The position numbers and the translations under genes are program-made. A DNA stretch of 64,000 bases from Nitrososphaera sp. (lineage in GTDB: Archaea > Thermoproteota > Nitrososphaeria > Nitrososphaerales > Nitrososphaeraceae): assembly GCF_013388945.1 (NCBI RefSeq), contig NZ_JACAEH010000012.1:5303-69302 (forward strand). The letters are read 5' to 3'. Below the pieces are notes generated by a model. It saw only the letters and a list, made by a program, of their open reading frames with translations. It ran no database searches and was not told the DNA's origin. Positions 25,864 to 35,292 of this stretch are shown piece by piece. How positions within the stretch are numbered: the stretch's first letter is position 1; each line of letters begins with the position of its first letter.

Positions 25864-26014
25864 TATCCAACAGTATTCGGACTCGATATAAACCTTATCG
25901 CACCTGAAATAGCGAATTTCATAAGGTTTCTTGACTGAAACCGCCCATTTCGAACCTTGAAAAAGCGAAAAGCAGTAAAAAGGAGGGCAAAATGTGCGAG
26001 CCCAGCAGGTTTTG

Positions 26015-27493
26015 TCACGCGGCAAGATACTTGTCGACTGTCTTTGCCAGGTTGTCAAGCGCGCCCTGGACGAATTTCGTCCTCTTGCCGACGCCAGCCT
26101 CGTAGCCGGCAAGTTTTGTCCGGGCCGCCTTTATCATCTCGTCCTGCTCCTTCTTGTTTGGCGAGCCGGCGGACCTGCGAAGTGCTATAGACCTTGCAGG
26201 TGTCATCCCTTTTGCGATGCGCGCAAGTTCTTCTGCCCCCAGCTTTTTCTCCGGCCTGACCTTCTTCAACACCGCCGCAGCGTCTTTGACCGTGATTTCA
26301 GAAAGTGGAGCCTCTTTTGCCGCTGCCCTTGCCACGAGCGCGCCCACTATCTTGTGTGCGTTGCGGAAAGGCAGCCCTTTTGCGACCAGCTGCTCTGCAA
26401 TGTCAAGCGAAATAGCATAGCTCGTCTTTGACACGGCAAGCATCCTCTTTTTGTTCACCTTGAGAGTCTCGACGACGCCTTTCATTACGCGGACGGCGCC
26501 TATCGCTGCTGTCGACGCTTCAAGCAGCTGCGGCTTTAGATCCTGCAGGTCGCGGCTGTAGCCTGAAGGCAGCCCCTTTGTTATCCCAAGTACCGACACG
26601 AGCCGGCCGGCAATCACCGCGGCCTTGGCGCGGACAAGCTCTAGCGGGTCAGGGTTCTTTTTCTGCGGCATCGCGCTTGAAGTCGAGCTGAACCTGTCGT
26701 CGAGCTCGACAAACCCAAATTCCGCAGTCGACCAGATTATCAGATCCTCTGCCATCCTTGCAAGCGTGGTAGACAGTATCGAGAGCGACGCGACGTATTC
26801 CACGAACGCGTCGCGCGAAGTTGTGGCGTCGACTGAATTGCGCACCAGACCGTCAAAACCTAACAAAACAGCCGTGCGCTTGCGGTCTATGTTTATGCTA
26901 GTTCCGCCGATGGCGCATGCCCCAAGGGGCGACTGGTTAATCCTGCCAAAGCACAGGTAGGCGCGCTCAAGGTCCCTGAACAGCGCGTCCGCGTACGACA
27001 GGAGCACGTGCGAAAGCGTTCCCAACTGCCCTTGCTGCGTGTGCGTGTAAAGCGGCATCGCCGCGTCGCGGTTCTTGCCAGCCTGCTTTACAAGCGCGCC
27101 TATCAGGTCGATTAAAGACGCGCACAGCGCGTTTATGTCGTCGCGCACCTTCATGCGCATGTCAAGCACCACCTGGTCGTTCCGAGACCGGGCGGTGTGC
27201 ATCTTGCCGCCGGCGCCCATCCCCGCCTGCTTTATCACAAACGCCTCAAGCGCCTCGTGTATGTCCTCTGCACCTTCCGTCTCGACGACGGCGGGATTCT
27301 TTTTGGCCTCCTCAAGAGCTGCAAGTATCTTCTTCAGCTCCTCAAGCGAGATTATCCCCTGCTCCTTGAGCATTATCGAGTGCGCCTCGCTCCCCACGAT
27401 GTCGTAGTACAGTATAGACTGGTCGTGCTGGATTGACGAGAGGAAGGCAAGCACGTCCTCGTCCATCGTGCCCTTGGGCAGGGAGCGGTACAT
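26015..27493 (-). CDS. argH: Argininosuccinate lyase
   Basis: Fumarate-lyase signature SSAMPQKKNPD, plus TQQGQ and SRND motifs. Confidence 0.9.
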   Translation of the reverse strand: MYRSLPKGTMDEDVLAFLSSIQHDQSILYYDIVGSEAHSIMLKEQGIISLEELKKILAALEEAKKNPAVVETEGAEDIHEALEAFVIKQAGMGAGGKMHTARSRNDQVVLDMRMKVRDDINALCASLIDLIGALVKQAGKNRDAAMPLYTHTQQGQLGTLSHVLLSYADALFRDLERAYLCFGRINQSPLGACAIGGTSINIDRKRTAVLLGFDGLVRNSVDATTSRDAFVEYVASLSILSTTLARMAEDLIIWSTAEFGFVELDDRFSSTSSAMPQKKNPDPLELVRAKAAVIAGRLVSVLGITKGLPSGYSRDLQDLKPQLLEASTAAIGAVRVMKGVVETLKVNKKRMLAVSKTSYAISLDIAEQLVAKGLPFRNAHKIVGALVARAAAKEAPLSEITVKDAAAVLKKVRPEKKLGAEELARIAKGMTPARSIALRRSAGSPNKKEQDEMIKAARTKLAGYEAGVGKRTKFVQGALDNLAKTVDKYLAA

Positions 27494-27562
27494 GCAGTTG
27501 CATCGTTGAGCGCTTTATTTTAATATTTTACAACAGCTAGCTCGCATACATCGTTTTGTTAA

Positions 27563-27578
27563 CGCAAGCTAGCTTGCG
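27563..27578. promoter_or_regulatory. Perfect 16-bp palindrome CGCAAGCTAGCTTGCG upstream of argH (candidate operator)
   Basis: Exact inverted repeat, ~70 nt upstream of the argH start and just beyond its TATA-like TAAAATATTAAAATAAA. A partial copy CAGCTAGCTCG lies at ~27534. Confidence 0.3.
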
Positions 27579-27609
27579 CAAAGTTAAGCCAACTCGCAGT
27601 CGAGTCTGC

Positions 27610-27882
27610 ATGGAATCGGCCCTTGCACAGCCAGTCCGCCTCATAGAGTACCCAAGCGACCTTTCCGGCTGCGACTCGCTTCAAGTCGGCGACAGGCAGC
27701 TGCTGTACCTGCGCTCCCAGACAGACAGCACGCAGTTTGTGGTCGTGCTCGGGTTTTACGCAGGCCAGAAGGAGGACGTGGTGACAAAGGACCTCATCGA
27801 GCCCGTGCACGAGTCAGGCAGGGAGGAGATAGCCTGCAGGCTTGCGCCCGAGTGCGGCCAGGCGCACATCTTTTTCCTCTAA
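27610..27882 (+). CDS. Hypothetical protein
   Basis: 90-codon ORF from ATG 27610 with host-like GC3-rich codon usage. No motif recognised. Confidence 0.35.
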   Translation: MESALAQPVRLIEYPSDLSGCDSLQVGDRQLLYLRSQTDSTQFVVVLGFYAGQKEDVVTKDLIEPVHESGREEIACRLAPECGQAHIFFL

Positions 27883-27921
27883 TCAATGAATAAATAGTGT
27901 TTTGAATGAATTAACTGCATC

Positions 27922-28263
27922 ATGAGTGGCACCGAAAGCAAGCCCGACGACCTGCAGGCGACGCGCAGGAAGATCTTTGACGAGCTTACAAAGATAGTGG
28001 ACCCCGAGATCGGCGTGTCCATAATGGAGCTCGAGCTCGTGGACAAAGTAGACATCGATTCCGGCAAGGTCGCAGTCGATCTTCATTTGACAAGCCCGTT
28101 CTGCCCAGCTGTTTTCGGGTTCAAGATAGCCCAGGACGTGAGGGACAACATCTACAAACTTGCAGGCATAAACGACGTCAAGGTGAAGGTCAGCAACCAC
28201 TTTATGGCCGACGCCATAAACAAGCAGGTGAACGAGAGCAAGTACCCGGCAAAGGCCGCCTAG
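27922..28263 (+). CDS. DUF59/MIP18-family Fe-S cluster assembly protein (SufT/PaaD-like)
   Basis: VDPEIGVSIMELELV...LTSPFCP motif. Confidence 0.8.
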   Translation: MSGTESKPDDLQATRRKIFDELTKIVDPEIGVSIMELELVDKVDIDSGKVAVDLHLTSPFCPAVFGFKIAQDVRDNIYKLAGINDVKVKVSNHFMADAINKQVNESKYPAKAA

Positions 28264-29111
28264 GCCTTGCTTCTGTCCTTCAATTCTGCTGCCTTTTTCT
28301 CGCTCTTTGAAAAGCCAAGCAGGTGGCCCCTGAGAAGCTGTATGCCAAGCGCAGGGTCGACTCCCTTCGGGCACACCGTGCTGCACGAGCCGGCAAAGTG
28401 GCACCTGAATATCCCGTGCTTTTCGTCCACCATGTCAAGCCTGTCCTTTGAAGCGCCGTCTCGGGTGTCGGCAAAGTACCTGTACGCCTGCCCTAGTGCC
28501 TGGGGGCCGGGGAACCGGGTGTCCATTGCGACTGTCGGGCACGCCGAGTAGCACAGCCCGCATTTTATGCAGTACGAGAACTGCAAGAACTTGTCGACGT
28601 CTTCGGGCGTCTGCAGAAACTCTGACAGCTTCGTTATCTGGCTTGGATCAAGATCCGCGGCCTTGTTCTGGACGTACGGCTTCATGTCCTTGTGGTGCGC
28701 AAAGAACTGGGAAAAGTCGGTGACAAGGTCGCGCAGGTGCGGAAAGTTTGCAAGTGGCTCGCAGGTAATCGTGCTCCCTTCAAGCTCGGACACCTTGGTG
28801 TAGCAGGCAAGGCGCGGGATGCCGTTTATCTTCATGCCGCACGAGCCGCACGACGCCATCCTGCAGGAATACCTTATGCCTATGCTGTGGTCCTTGCTCT
28901 GCTTTGCCCACAAGAGCGCGTCAAGCACAGTAGTCGAGCGCTGCACGGGCACCTCGTACGTGTCGTACCTCGCAGGCTCGCCGGCGGCCCTGTTTGCCCG
29001 CAGCACCTTGAGCGTGACTGACGAGCGCAGTATCTCCTTTTCCTTGTGCTCCTTTGCACGCTTTTTGTCCAGATGTTCGATTTTCTCTATTGTCTCTGTC
29101 AATGTTATCAC
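28260..29111 (-). CDS. sdhB: Succinate dehydrogenase iron-sulfur subunit
   Basis: Cys clusters CGSCGMKING..C, CIKCGLCYSACP and CHFAGSCSTVCP. Confidence 0.9.
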   Translation of the reverse strand: MITLTETIEKIEHLDKKRAKEHKEKEILRSSVTLKVLRANRAAGEPARYDTYEVPVQRSTTVLDALLWAKQSKDHSIGIRYSCRMASCGSCGMKINGIPRLACYTKVSELEGSTITCEPLANFPHLRDLVTDFSQFFAHHKDMKPYVQNKAADLDPSQITKLSEFLQTPEDVDKFLQFSYCIKCGLCYSACPTVAMDTRFPGPQALGQAYRYFADTRDGASKDRLDMVDEKHGIFRCHFAGSCSTVCPKGVDPALGIQLLRGHLLGFSKSEKKAAELKDRSKA

Positions 29112-29458
29112 CCAAGCGACAGCCCGTTGGCTACGATTATCGTGCGCGTGCCGTACGCTATCACGCCCATCATGGCGGCTATAGTCACCACTGTTACAAA
29201 GCCCTCCCAGCCCCTGCTCTGCCGCATCTCAAGCAGGATTATCCGGAGCCCGTTAAAGCCGTGTATCGCAATAAGCACCAGTATAGATTCAAGCAATACA
29301 GCGTATGGCAGGTTGTGGTAGTTCAGTATCACGTTGTCGTATTCAAGGCTCAGGTTGTAGGGCATGACAAGGCGCATGAGTATGTGCACTGCCACTACGA
29401 AAAGCGCGGCTATGCCTGTCATGTAGTGGATTTTCATTATCTGGCTTTCTTTGAGCAT
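29108..29458 (-). CDS. sdhD: Succinate dehydrogenase membrane subunit (SdhD-like)
   Basis: 3-TM small protein between sdhC and sdhB. Start set at ATG 29458, directly after the sdhC stop. Confidence 0.65.
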   Translation of the reverse strand: MLKESQIMKIHYMTGIAALFVVAVHILMRLVMPYNLSLEYDNVILNYHNLPYAVLLESILVLIAIHGFNGLRIILLEMRQSRGWEGFVTVVTIAAMMGVIAYGTRTIIVANGLSLG

Positions 29459-29459
29459 G

Positions 29460-29900
29460 CTATTCGCCTCCAAAGAGCACCGACGCTCCGTACAGCATCG
29501 CAACGGCTGCAAGTATGAGCGCTATCCATATCCCGGATTTCTGGCGGTAGTTCAGCGAGACTGCGTCGTACGGGTAGTCGGGCCTGCCGGGTTTGCCCAG
29601 ACCCTTGCCGCCTTCGGCGAATATCAGGCGTATGCCGTTTGCAGAGTGAAAAGTGCTCATGCCTATCACGAGCAGTAGTATCAAGTGTCCAAGCGGCGTC
29701 TGCGTAAGTTCAAGCATGGCGTTCCACGCGTCAATCCCCTGCGTAAGGCTGCTTGTCTCGTAGACGTGGCCCACGAAATACGCAAGCAGGCCGACGCCTG
29801 TCAGGCGCTGCAGCCAGTACGACACCCGCTCCCAGCCGTAGCGGCCCGGGTTGAGCCAGCCCTTGAGCCCCTCGCGGTTGTTCCGGTCTGCGACTTCCAT
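29460..29900 (-). CDS. sdhC: Succinate dehydrogenase cytochrome b subunit (SdhC-like)
   Basis: 3-TM protein with His residues, immediately downstream of sdhA (1-nt overlap). Confidence 0.7.
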   Translation of the reverse strand: MEVADRNNREGLKGWLNPGRYGWERVSYWLQRLTGVGLLAYFVGHVYETSSLTQGIDAWNAMLELTQTPLGHLILLLVIGMSTFHSANGIRLIFAEGGKGLGKPGRPDYPYDAVSLNYRQKSGIWIALILAAVAMLYGASVLFGGE

Positions 29901-31612
29901 CAGTACTTCCTCTCCACAGGCGCGTAGCGCGTAAATACTACAGGGTGCCAGTCCATGCGCGGCCCTTCCGGAGTATGGTATGCGAGCGTATGCCTTAAGA
30001 AGTTGGCGTCATCGCGGACAGGATAGTCTGTGCGTGCGTGCGCGCCACGCGACTCTTTGCGGTTGAGCGCGCCCACCAGCACGACTTCTGCCGTGCGCAG
30101 CATCGAGTCTATCTCCATGACGTTTGTAAAGTTGGTGTTGTACTCTTTGGCCTTGTCGTCGACGTGCTTCCACATCTGCGCCTTGAGCTCGCGCACCTTT
30201 TTCAGTGCAGACGAGAGGCCTTCTTCGTTCCTGAAAACGTAGGCCTTTGCGTCCATCGTGTCTGTCATCTCTTTGCGCACGTCGTAGGGGTTGACGCTCC
30301 CGGCCCCGCGGAATATGCCGTCGTAGATGCGCTTTTCTTCGGCGGCCACCTGTTCCTGCGATATGCTTGACGAGCGCGTCTTTTCTGCGACTGCGTGCTC
30401 GGCTGCAAGCTCGCCAGTTATCCTGCCCCAGACTATGCACTCTGAAGTGGAATTTGCGCCAAGCCTGTTTGCGCCGTGCGTGCTGTTGCATGCGGCCTCG
30501 CCTGCGGTCCAGAGCCCCGGCAGCTCCGTGGCACCGTCCACGTTTGCGTGTATGCCGCCCATCATGTAGTGGCAGACAGGCCTCACCTCAATCGGCTCGT
30601 CGATGATGTCAACTCCGGAAAACTTTATCCCAATCTCGCGGATTCCTGCAAGCACCTCCTTTATGCGCTCGGCTCCAAGGTGCGTCAGGTCAAGCTTCAT
30701 GCAGTCAAAGCCCGTCTCGTGCTTGAAGCCCCGGCCTTCCTGGATCTCCTTTATCATAGAGCGGGACACTACGTCGCGGGGCGCAAGCTCCATCTTGCCC
30801 GGCGCGTACTTGCTCATGAAGCGCTCGCCCTTGTTGTTTATCAAATAGCCACCTTCGCCCCTTGCGCCTTCGGTTATCAGTATGCCAGACGGCATGATGC
30901 CTGTTGGGTGGAACTGCACAAACTCCATGTCCTTGAGCGCAAGGCCTGCGCGGAACGCCATGTCAAGGCCGTCGGGCGTTGACGAAAACGCGTAGGTGGA
31001 AAATGAGAATATCCTGCCGGCGCCGCCCGTGCAGATGATGCCTGCCGGAGCCTTGAACACCGTAAAGTCGCCGGTCTTCATCTCTATTGCAGTCACTCCG
31101 CGGAAGGCAGAGTCGCGCAGTATGGACGTGCAGAACCACTCGTTGTAAAAGTGGATGTTGTCGTATTTCAGGCAGGTGTCGTACAGCGTCTGCATCAGGT
31201 AAAATCCGACCTTGTCCTGCGCAAAAGTGGCGCGGGGAAAAGAGTAGCCGCCGAACTTGCGCTGCGCTATCCTGCCGTCCTTGCGCCTCGACCACGGCAT
31301 GCCCCAGTGGTCCATCTGGTATATCTCAAAGGGCATGTTCTTAACCAGGCGCTCGGCCACGTCCTGGTCGCCGAGAAAGTCGCTCCCCTTTATCGTGTCG
31401 TAGATGTGCGACTCGGGGTTGTCTCCTTCTTCCTCGTACAGCACCGCCGCCGTCCCGCCCTCGGCAGACACCGAGTGCGAGCGCATGACCTGCACCTTTG
31501 ACAGCACGGCGACGCTCAGGCTCCTGTCGGCAGCCGCAGCAGATATGGCGGCGCGAAGGCCGGCCAGACCTGAACCTATTATCAGAACGTCGTGCGAGAT
31601 GGCGTCTGCCAA
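29900..31612 (-). CDS. sdhA: Succinate dehydrogenase flavoprotein subunit
   Basis: DVLIIGSGLAGLRAA FAD fold, RSHSVSAEGG (FAD-linking His), HPTG, HYMMGG. Confidence 0.95.
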   Translation of the reverse strand: MADAISHDVLIIGSGLAGLRAAISAAAADRSLSVAVLSKVQVMRSHSVSAEGGTAAVLYEEEGDNPESHIYDTIKGSDFLGDQDVAERLVKNMPFEIYQMDHWGMPWSRRKDGRIAQRKFGGYSFPRATFAQDKVGFYLMQTLYDTCLKYDNIHFYNEWFCTSILRDSAFRGVTAIEMKTGDFTVFKAPAGIICTGGAGRIFSFSTYAFSSTPDGLDMAFRAGLALKDMEFVQFHPTGIMPSGILITEGARGEGGYLINNKGERFMSKYAPGKMELAPRDVVSRSMIKEIQEGRGFKHETGFDCMKLDLTHLGAERIKEVLAGIREIGIKFSGVDIIDEPIEVRPVCHYMMGGIHANVDGATELPGLWTAGEAACNSTHGANRLGANSTSECIVWGRITGELAAEHAVAEKTRSSSISQEQVAAEEKRIYDGIFRGAGSVNPYDVRKEMTDTMDAKAYVFRNEEGLSSALKKVRELKAQMWKHVDDKAKEYNTNFTNVMEIDSMLRTAEVVLVGALNRKESRGAHARTDYPVRDDANFLRHTLAYHTPEGPRMDWHPVVFTRYAPVERKY

Positions 31613-31727
31613 AAGTATCCGCTTCTATCACAAATGCGTATTGCATAAATATCTTTGTGACTGCGCTTGCGTGCTCAACAATCAGCAGCAGTGTTTACTC
31701 TAAAGCCCGAGTTTGTCGGCAGCTGCC

Positions 31728-32765
31728 TTAGCGCCTGACCCGGACGCTTGCGGTGCCGCTGTCAAGCTCGCTGCCGTTGCCTGCAAAGGCCGTCCAGTCA
31801 AAGCTCGAGACGGCAGGGCCGGCAGCCACGCGGAAGGCGACGCGCTTGCCACTCTCGACTGGCCGGTCGTCGGTGTAGAACACGACAGTCGTGCCATCGG
31901 TGTCCGCGGACCATCCACGCGGAGCCTGCACAGAGGTCGGCTCGTCAGGCAATGTGAGAGCGAATCTGTAAATGCCGCTTGCAACTGTGTTTTTCAGGGT
32001 TATTGTGACCGGGGAGCCTGCGCCCTTTGATGTGGCGGCGACTGAAATGGCAGAACTTTGGGCCGTACCGGTGCCGGCAGACTTGTCAAGCCTGAAGGTC
32101 GCTTCGGCGGTGGAGCCAAGATACGTTGCAACGACCCTGTACGAGCCGGTCCCCTGCGTGTCTGAAGCGATGAAGGAATACGTGAACGAGCCGTTGTTTG
32201 CAACAGTCGCGCTGTCAAACAGGTAGGCCCGGCCCTGCGGGTTGAACACCTGGATTTCTACCGGGACGCTTTGCACTATCGAAGTCTCGCCCCGGAGCAC
32301 CACCGTCTGGCCGGCTGCATACGACTGTTTTTGTGTTGTCAGCGCCAGCCGCGGCGGGGCCTCTTCCACTATCACCTGCCCGACCATCGAATACTGCCCC
32401 TGGATGTTTGAGAAGTAGTTGTAGATTCCAGGCTCTTTGAAAGTGTACGAGAATTCATTTTTTGGAAATATGAATTTTGAATCAAAAACCCTGGCGGCGT
32501 TGCGGTCAAACCAGCTGTCGCCCGACGTCACCGTGTGCGGGCCGGAGTCTTTGTTTATCCAAGTCACGGTGTCTCCGACCTTGACAGTCACGGGACTTGG
32601 GCTGTACGCCTTGTCGGCAAGGTACGTCGCCCCGGGGACGATTTCTACAATGACAGAGCCGGACCCGTGTGCATGCCCGTATGACAGCGGCAACAATATT
32701 GTAAATGCTGCAACCAGTACAAGCACGCTCTCTGTTGTTCGGGGCACCGGCATTACCTCTTTCAT
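31728..32765 (-). CDS. Secreted cupredoxin-like protein lacking the type 1 Cu Cys/His ligands, followed by Ig-like beta-domains
   Basis: Signal peptide and cupredoxin N-domain (VTVKVGDTVTWINKDSGPHTVTSG). The C-terminal ligand loop reads YNYFSNIQGQYSMVG where the paralogs have C-x2-H-x2-M. Confidence 0.75.
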   Translation of the reverse strand: MKEVMPVPRTTESVLVLVAAFTILLPLSYGHAHGSGSVIVEIVPGATYLADKAYSPSPVTVKVGDTVTWINKDSGPHTVTSGDSWFDRNAARVFDSKFIFPKNEFSYTFKEPGIYNYFSNIQGQYSMVGQVIVEEAPPRLALTTQKQSYAAGQTVVLRGETSIVQSVPVEIQVFNPQGRAYLFDSATVANNGSFTYSFIASDTQGTGSYRVVATYLGSTAEATFRLDKSAGTGTAQSSAISVAATSKGAGSPVTITLKNTVASGIYRFALTLPDEPTSVQAPRGWSADTDGTTVVFYTDDRPVESGKRVAFRVAAGPAVSSFDWTAFAGNGSELDSGTASVRVRR

Positions 32766-32789
32766 GCCAGTTAAATGTTATCGGATTGC

Positions 32790-33917
32790 CTAGACCGCGC
32801 GTACTTTGCCCTTGTAACTAACGTTGACCGAGTCCACGCCAGCAAGCTGTTTGGCCTTGTTTATGACCTCGGTAAACCAGTTCTCGTCGTCCTTGCCGGG
32901 GTTCTCTATCTTCACCCCTTTGTACAGCTTGGAGCCGCCCTCAACTTGCTCGATAAAGTCTTCTACCGTCGCAGAAGGGTACTTTTCCTTTATGTCCCCT
33001 ATCACCTCCGACGCGGCGGCAGGCAGGTAAAGCACGAGCTCTTTTCTCCGGCGCATGAACAGAAGAAGGGCGGTCCCGCCCGCTGCAACTGCAACGGCAG
33101 CAATGATAGTCACGTAATTGAGCTCAAAGTCAGGCAGCAAGTTCGGAACAGTCGAAGGCCCTTGGACGACTATTATCCCGTCCCCTTCTGCAGGAGGAGC
33201 GCGCAGCCCGCCCTCGCTGCGTGCGGAAATGAAGTAGGTGTATGTGCCCGGAGAAACGGCGCTACCAGATGAATCCTTGCCGTCCCATGTCACCGAGTTG
33301 CGGCCTGCCACCATCGCCCCTTCTATAGATGATGCCAAATTGCCCTGCGCGTCTTTTATCTCAAAGACGTACGTGCCCCTCGCAGTCGAGTCAAAGGATA
33401 TTTCTACCGTGTCGTCAACGCCGTCGCCGTCAGGAGACAGCACTGTGGCCGGCCCAGGCTGCAGCGATATGACGGGCTGCGCCCTCGGCGCAAGGGCTCC
33501 GGACAGCTCGATCGAGTCCGTGATGCCAATCGGGTTTGATATGGATATCGCAGAAGGCCCCTTGACTGAAACAGGATCGCTCACATCGAGGTTCTCGAAG
33601 ACGAAGCGGAATGCGTTGAGCTTCTTTTTCACATCGGTCTTGATAGTGACCTTGCTCTCTGTCAGCATTTTGATTGCCGAGGCTTTGTTAGGCTGCGTGG
33701 AATCGTCGATGGAAAGCGTGTCTGTTATAGAACGTGTGATCATGGGGATCGTCGCTGTCAGGATGTCCGAGACTGAAAAGCCGTCGCTCAGTGCAACTGT
33801 AAGCTGCTTGGGAAGCTCGACGTCAGGCGGCCCTCCCTGCGCATAAGCTACATTTCCAGCTAGCAGGAGTGTGAGAAATACCGCAATGGCGCTCTTTGCA
33901 GCTATGTCTGTTTTCAT
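32790..33917 (-). CDS. Type I membrane protein with extracellular FlgD-Ig-like domain and small cytoplasmic domain
   Basis: Signal peptide. FlgD-Ig-like segment (VEISFDSTARGTYVFEIKDAQGN...VTWDGKDSSGSAVSPGTYTY). One TM helix (VTIIAAVAVAAGGTALLLF) followed by RRRK. Confidence 0.7.
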   Translation of the reverse strand: MKTDIAAKSAIAVFLTLLLAGNVAYAQGGPPDVELPKQLTVALSDGFSVSDILTATIPMITRSITDTLSIDDSTQPNKASAIKMLTESKVTIKTDVKKKLNAFRFVFENLDVSDPVSVKGPSAISISNPIGITDSIELSGALAPRAQPVISLQPGPATVLSPDGDGVDDTVEISFDSTARGTYVFEIKDAQGNLASSIEGAMVAGRNSVTWDGKDSSGSAVSPGTYTYFISARSEGGLRAPPAEGDGIIVVQGPSTVPNLLPDFELNYVTIIAAVAVAAGGTALLLFMRRRKELVLYLPAAASEVIGDIKEKYPSATVEDFIEQVEGGSKLYKGVKIENPGKDDENWFTEVINKAKQLAGVDSVNVSYKGKVRAV

Positions 33918-34058
33918 CCTGTCCGCTACCTCGCGATGCTCGACCAGACTTCAAGAGAATTGTATAAAAGCGCCGTGAAGCCGGGGCATAGAGTCAGCCA
34001 CTGTATGAAAACACCGGGGCTTGCAAAGTTATAAGGCCTGACCTGCATCCCAAGTGCG

Positions 34059-34940
34059 TTGGCAAGGCGCGGCCCCACAAAGACAAGCGACTTTGGAGTG
34101 TCGCGAAGAGAAAGCCACGATTCGTCGGCATTTTACAGCCGCAAGCTCTATTCTGCAAAATCCGGGAGCGCCGCAGGCGCGCAGGAAAACATCGTACCGC
34201 CTGAATCAATAGATCGCGTTTTTTGCAAGAGCAGCGAGAGCATGGACGAGCTTCCAGACAGGAGCGTCCACCTCGTCGTGACGTCGCCGCCATACAACGT
34301 GGGAAAGGAGTACGACCGCGACCTCACGCTTGAGCAGTACCGCTCGCTTTTGCAGCGGGTCTTTTCAGAGCTCTACCGCGTCATGGCAGACGGCGGGCGG
34401 GCGTGCATCAACGTGGCAAACCTGGGCAGAAAGCCGTACATACCGCTCCACAGCTACGTCATACAGGACATGCTTGCCTCTGGCTTTCAGATGCGCGGCG
34501 AGGTGATATGGAACAAGGGCTCCAGCGCCGGCACGTCGACTGCGTGGGGCAGCTGGCAGTCCGCTTCAAACCCCACGCTGAGGGATGTGCACGAATACAT
34601 ACTGGTGTTTTCAAAGGGCGATTTTTCAAGAAAGGCAGAAGGGAAGAAAAGCACCATATCAAAGGCGCAATTCCTGGAATACACAAAGAGCGTCTGGGAC
34701 TTTGCCGCCGAGTCGGCAAGGAAGGTAGGCCACCCCGCGCCGTTCCCGGTGGAACTGCCGCTCAGGTGCATCCAGCTGTATACCTTTGCCGGCGACGTGG
34801 TCCTGGACCCGTTCTGCGGCGTGGGCACCACGTGCATAGCAGCCATGCAGGCAGGCAGGCGCTTTGTGGGCTATGACACAAGCGAGGAATACGTCAGGGC
34901 TGCGCAGAAGCGGATAGAAATTCAAAAAGGAAATATGTAG
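34059..34940 (+). CDS. Beta-class N4-cytosine/N6-adenine DNA methyltransferase
   Basis: Motif IV TSPPY precedes motif I DPFCGVGTT (beta-class order). The start codon is uncertain (TTG 34059 or a downstream GTG). Confidence 0.85.
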   Translation: MARRGPTKTSDFGVSRRESHDSSAFYSRKLYSAKSGSAAGAQENIVPPESIDRVFCKSSESMDELPDRSVHLVVTSPPYNVGKEYDRDLTLEQYRSLLQRVFSELYRVMADGGRACINVANLGRKPYIPLHSYVIQDMLASGFQMRGEVIWNKGSSAGTSTAWGSWQSASNPTLRDVHEYILVFSKGDFSRKAEGKKSTISKAQFLEYTKSVWDFAAESARKVGHPAPFPVELPLRCIQLYTFAGDVVLDPFCGVGTTCIAAMQAGRRFVGYDTSEEYVRAAQKRIEIQKGNM

Positions 34941-34959
34941 AGGCCATCTTATCCCCGGC

Positions 34960-35292
34960 GTGTCAGACATAGTCTACCTGAAATACGAGAACCTGGGCGA
35001 CATGCTCAAGGTCATCATCTACTCGTCGCAGTCCATGCTCGGCGTCGTTCCGATGCTGTACCACATAAACCAGGGCGGCAGGCACGTGCTTTTCATACAG
35101 ACCGGCGCCGTCGGTAACTCCACCGTCCACTATGTCGTTCAGGAAGCCAAGCCGGCGAAAAAGTTCATCCAGCTCAAGAGGCTCACCGGCGACTATTCCT
35201 ACGTCGACAGCCTTGGAAGCGACGCCCAGTCGCTCTACGTGCCGGTGCTCGGGCTTGACAGGTCGACGCTTGAATTCCCGTTTCTGAAATGA
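34960..35292 (+). CDS. Hypothetical protein, co-operonic with the methyltransferase
   Basis: 110 codons, starts 20 nt after the MTase stop. No motif recognised. Confidence 0.6.
   Translation: MSDIVYLKYENLGDMLKVIIYSSQSMLGVVPMLYHINQGGRHVLFIQTGAVGNSTVHYVVQEAKPAKKFIQLKRLTGDYSYVDSLGSDAQSLYVPVLGLDRSTLEFPFLK

Noticed and set aside
24628-26112. Long (494-aa) version of the homocitrate synthase ORF
   Set aside because: The first 83 codons have an implausible composition and would overlap the 3' end of argH. The conserved enzyme starts near ATG 25863.
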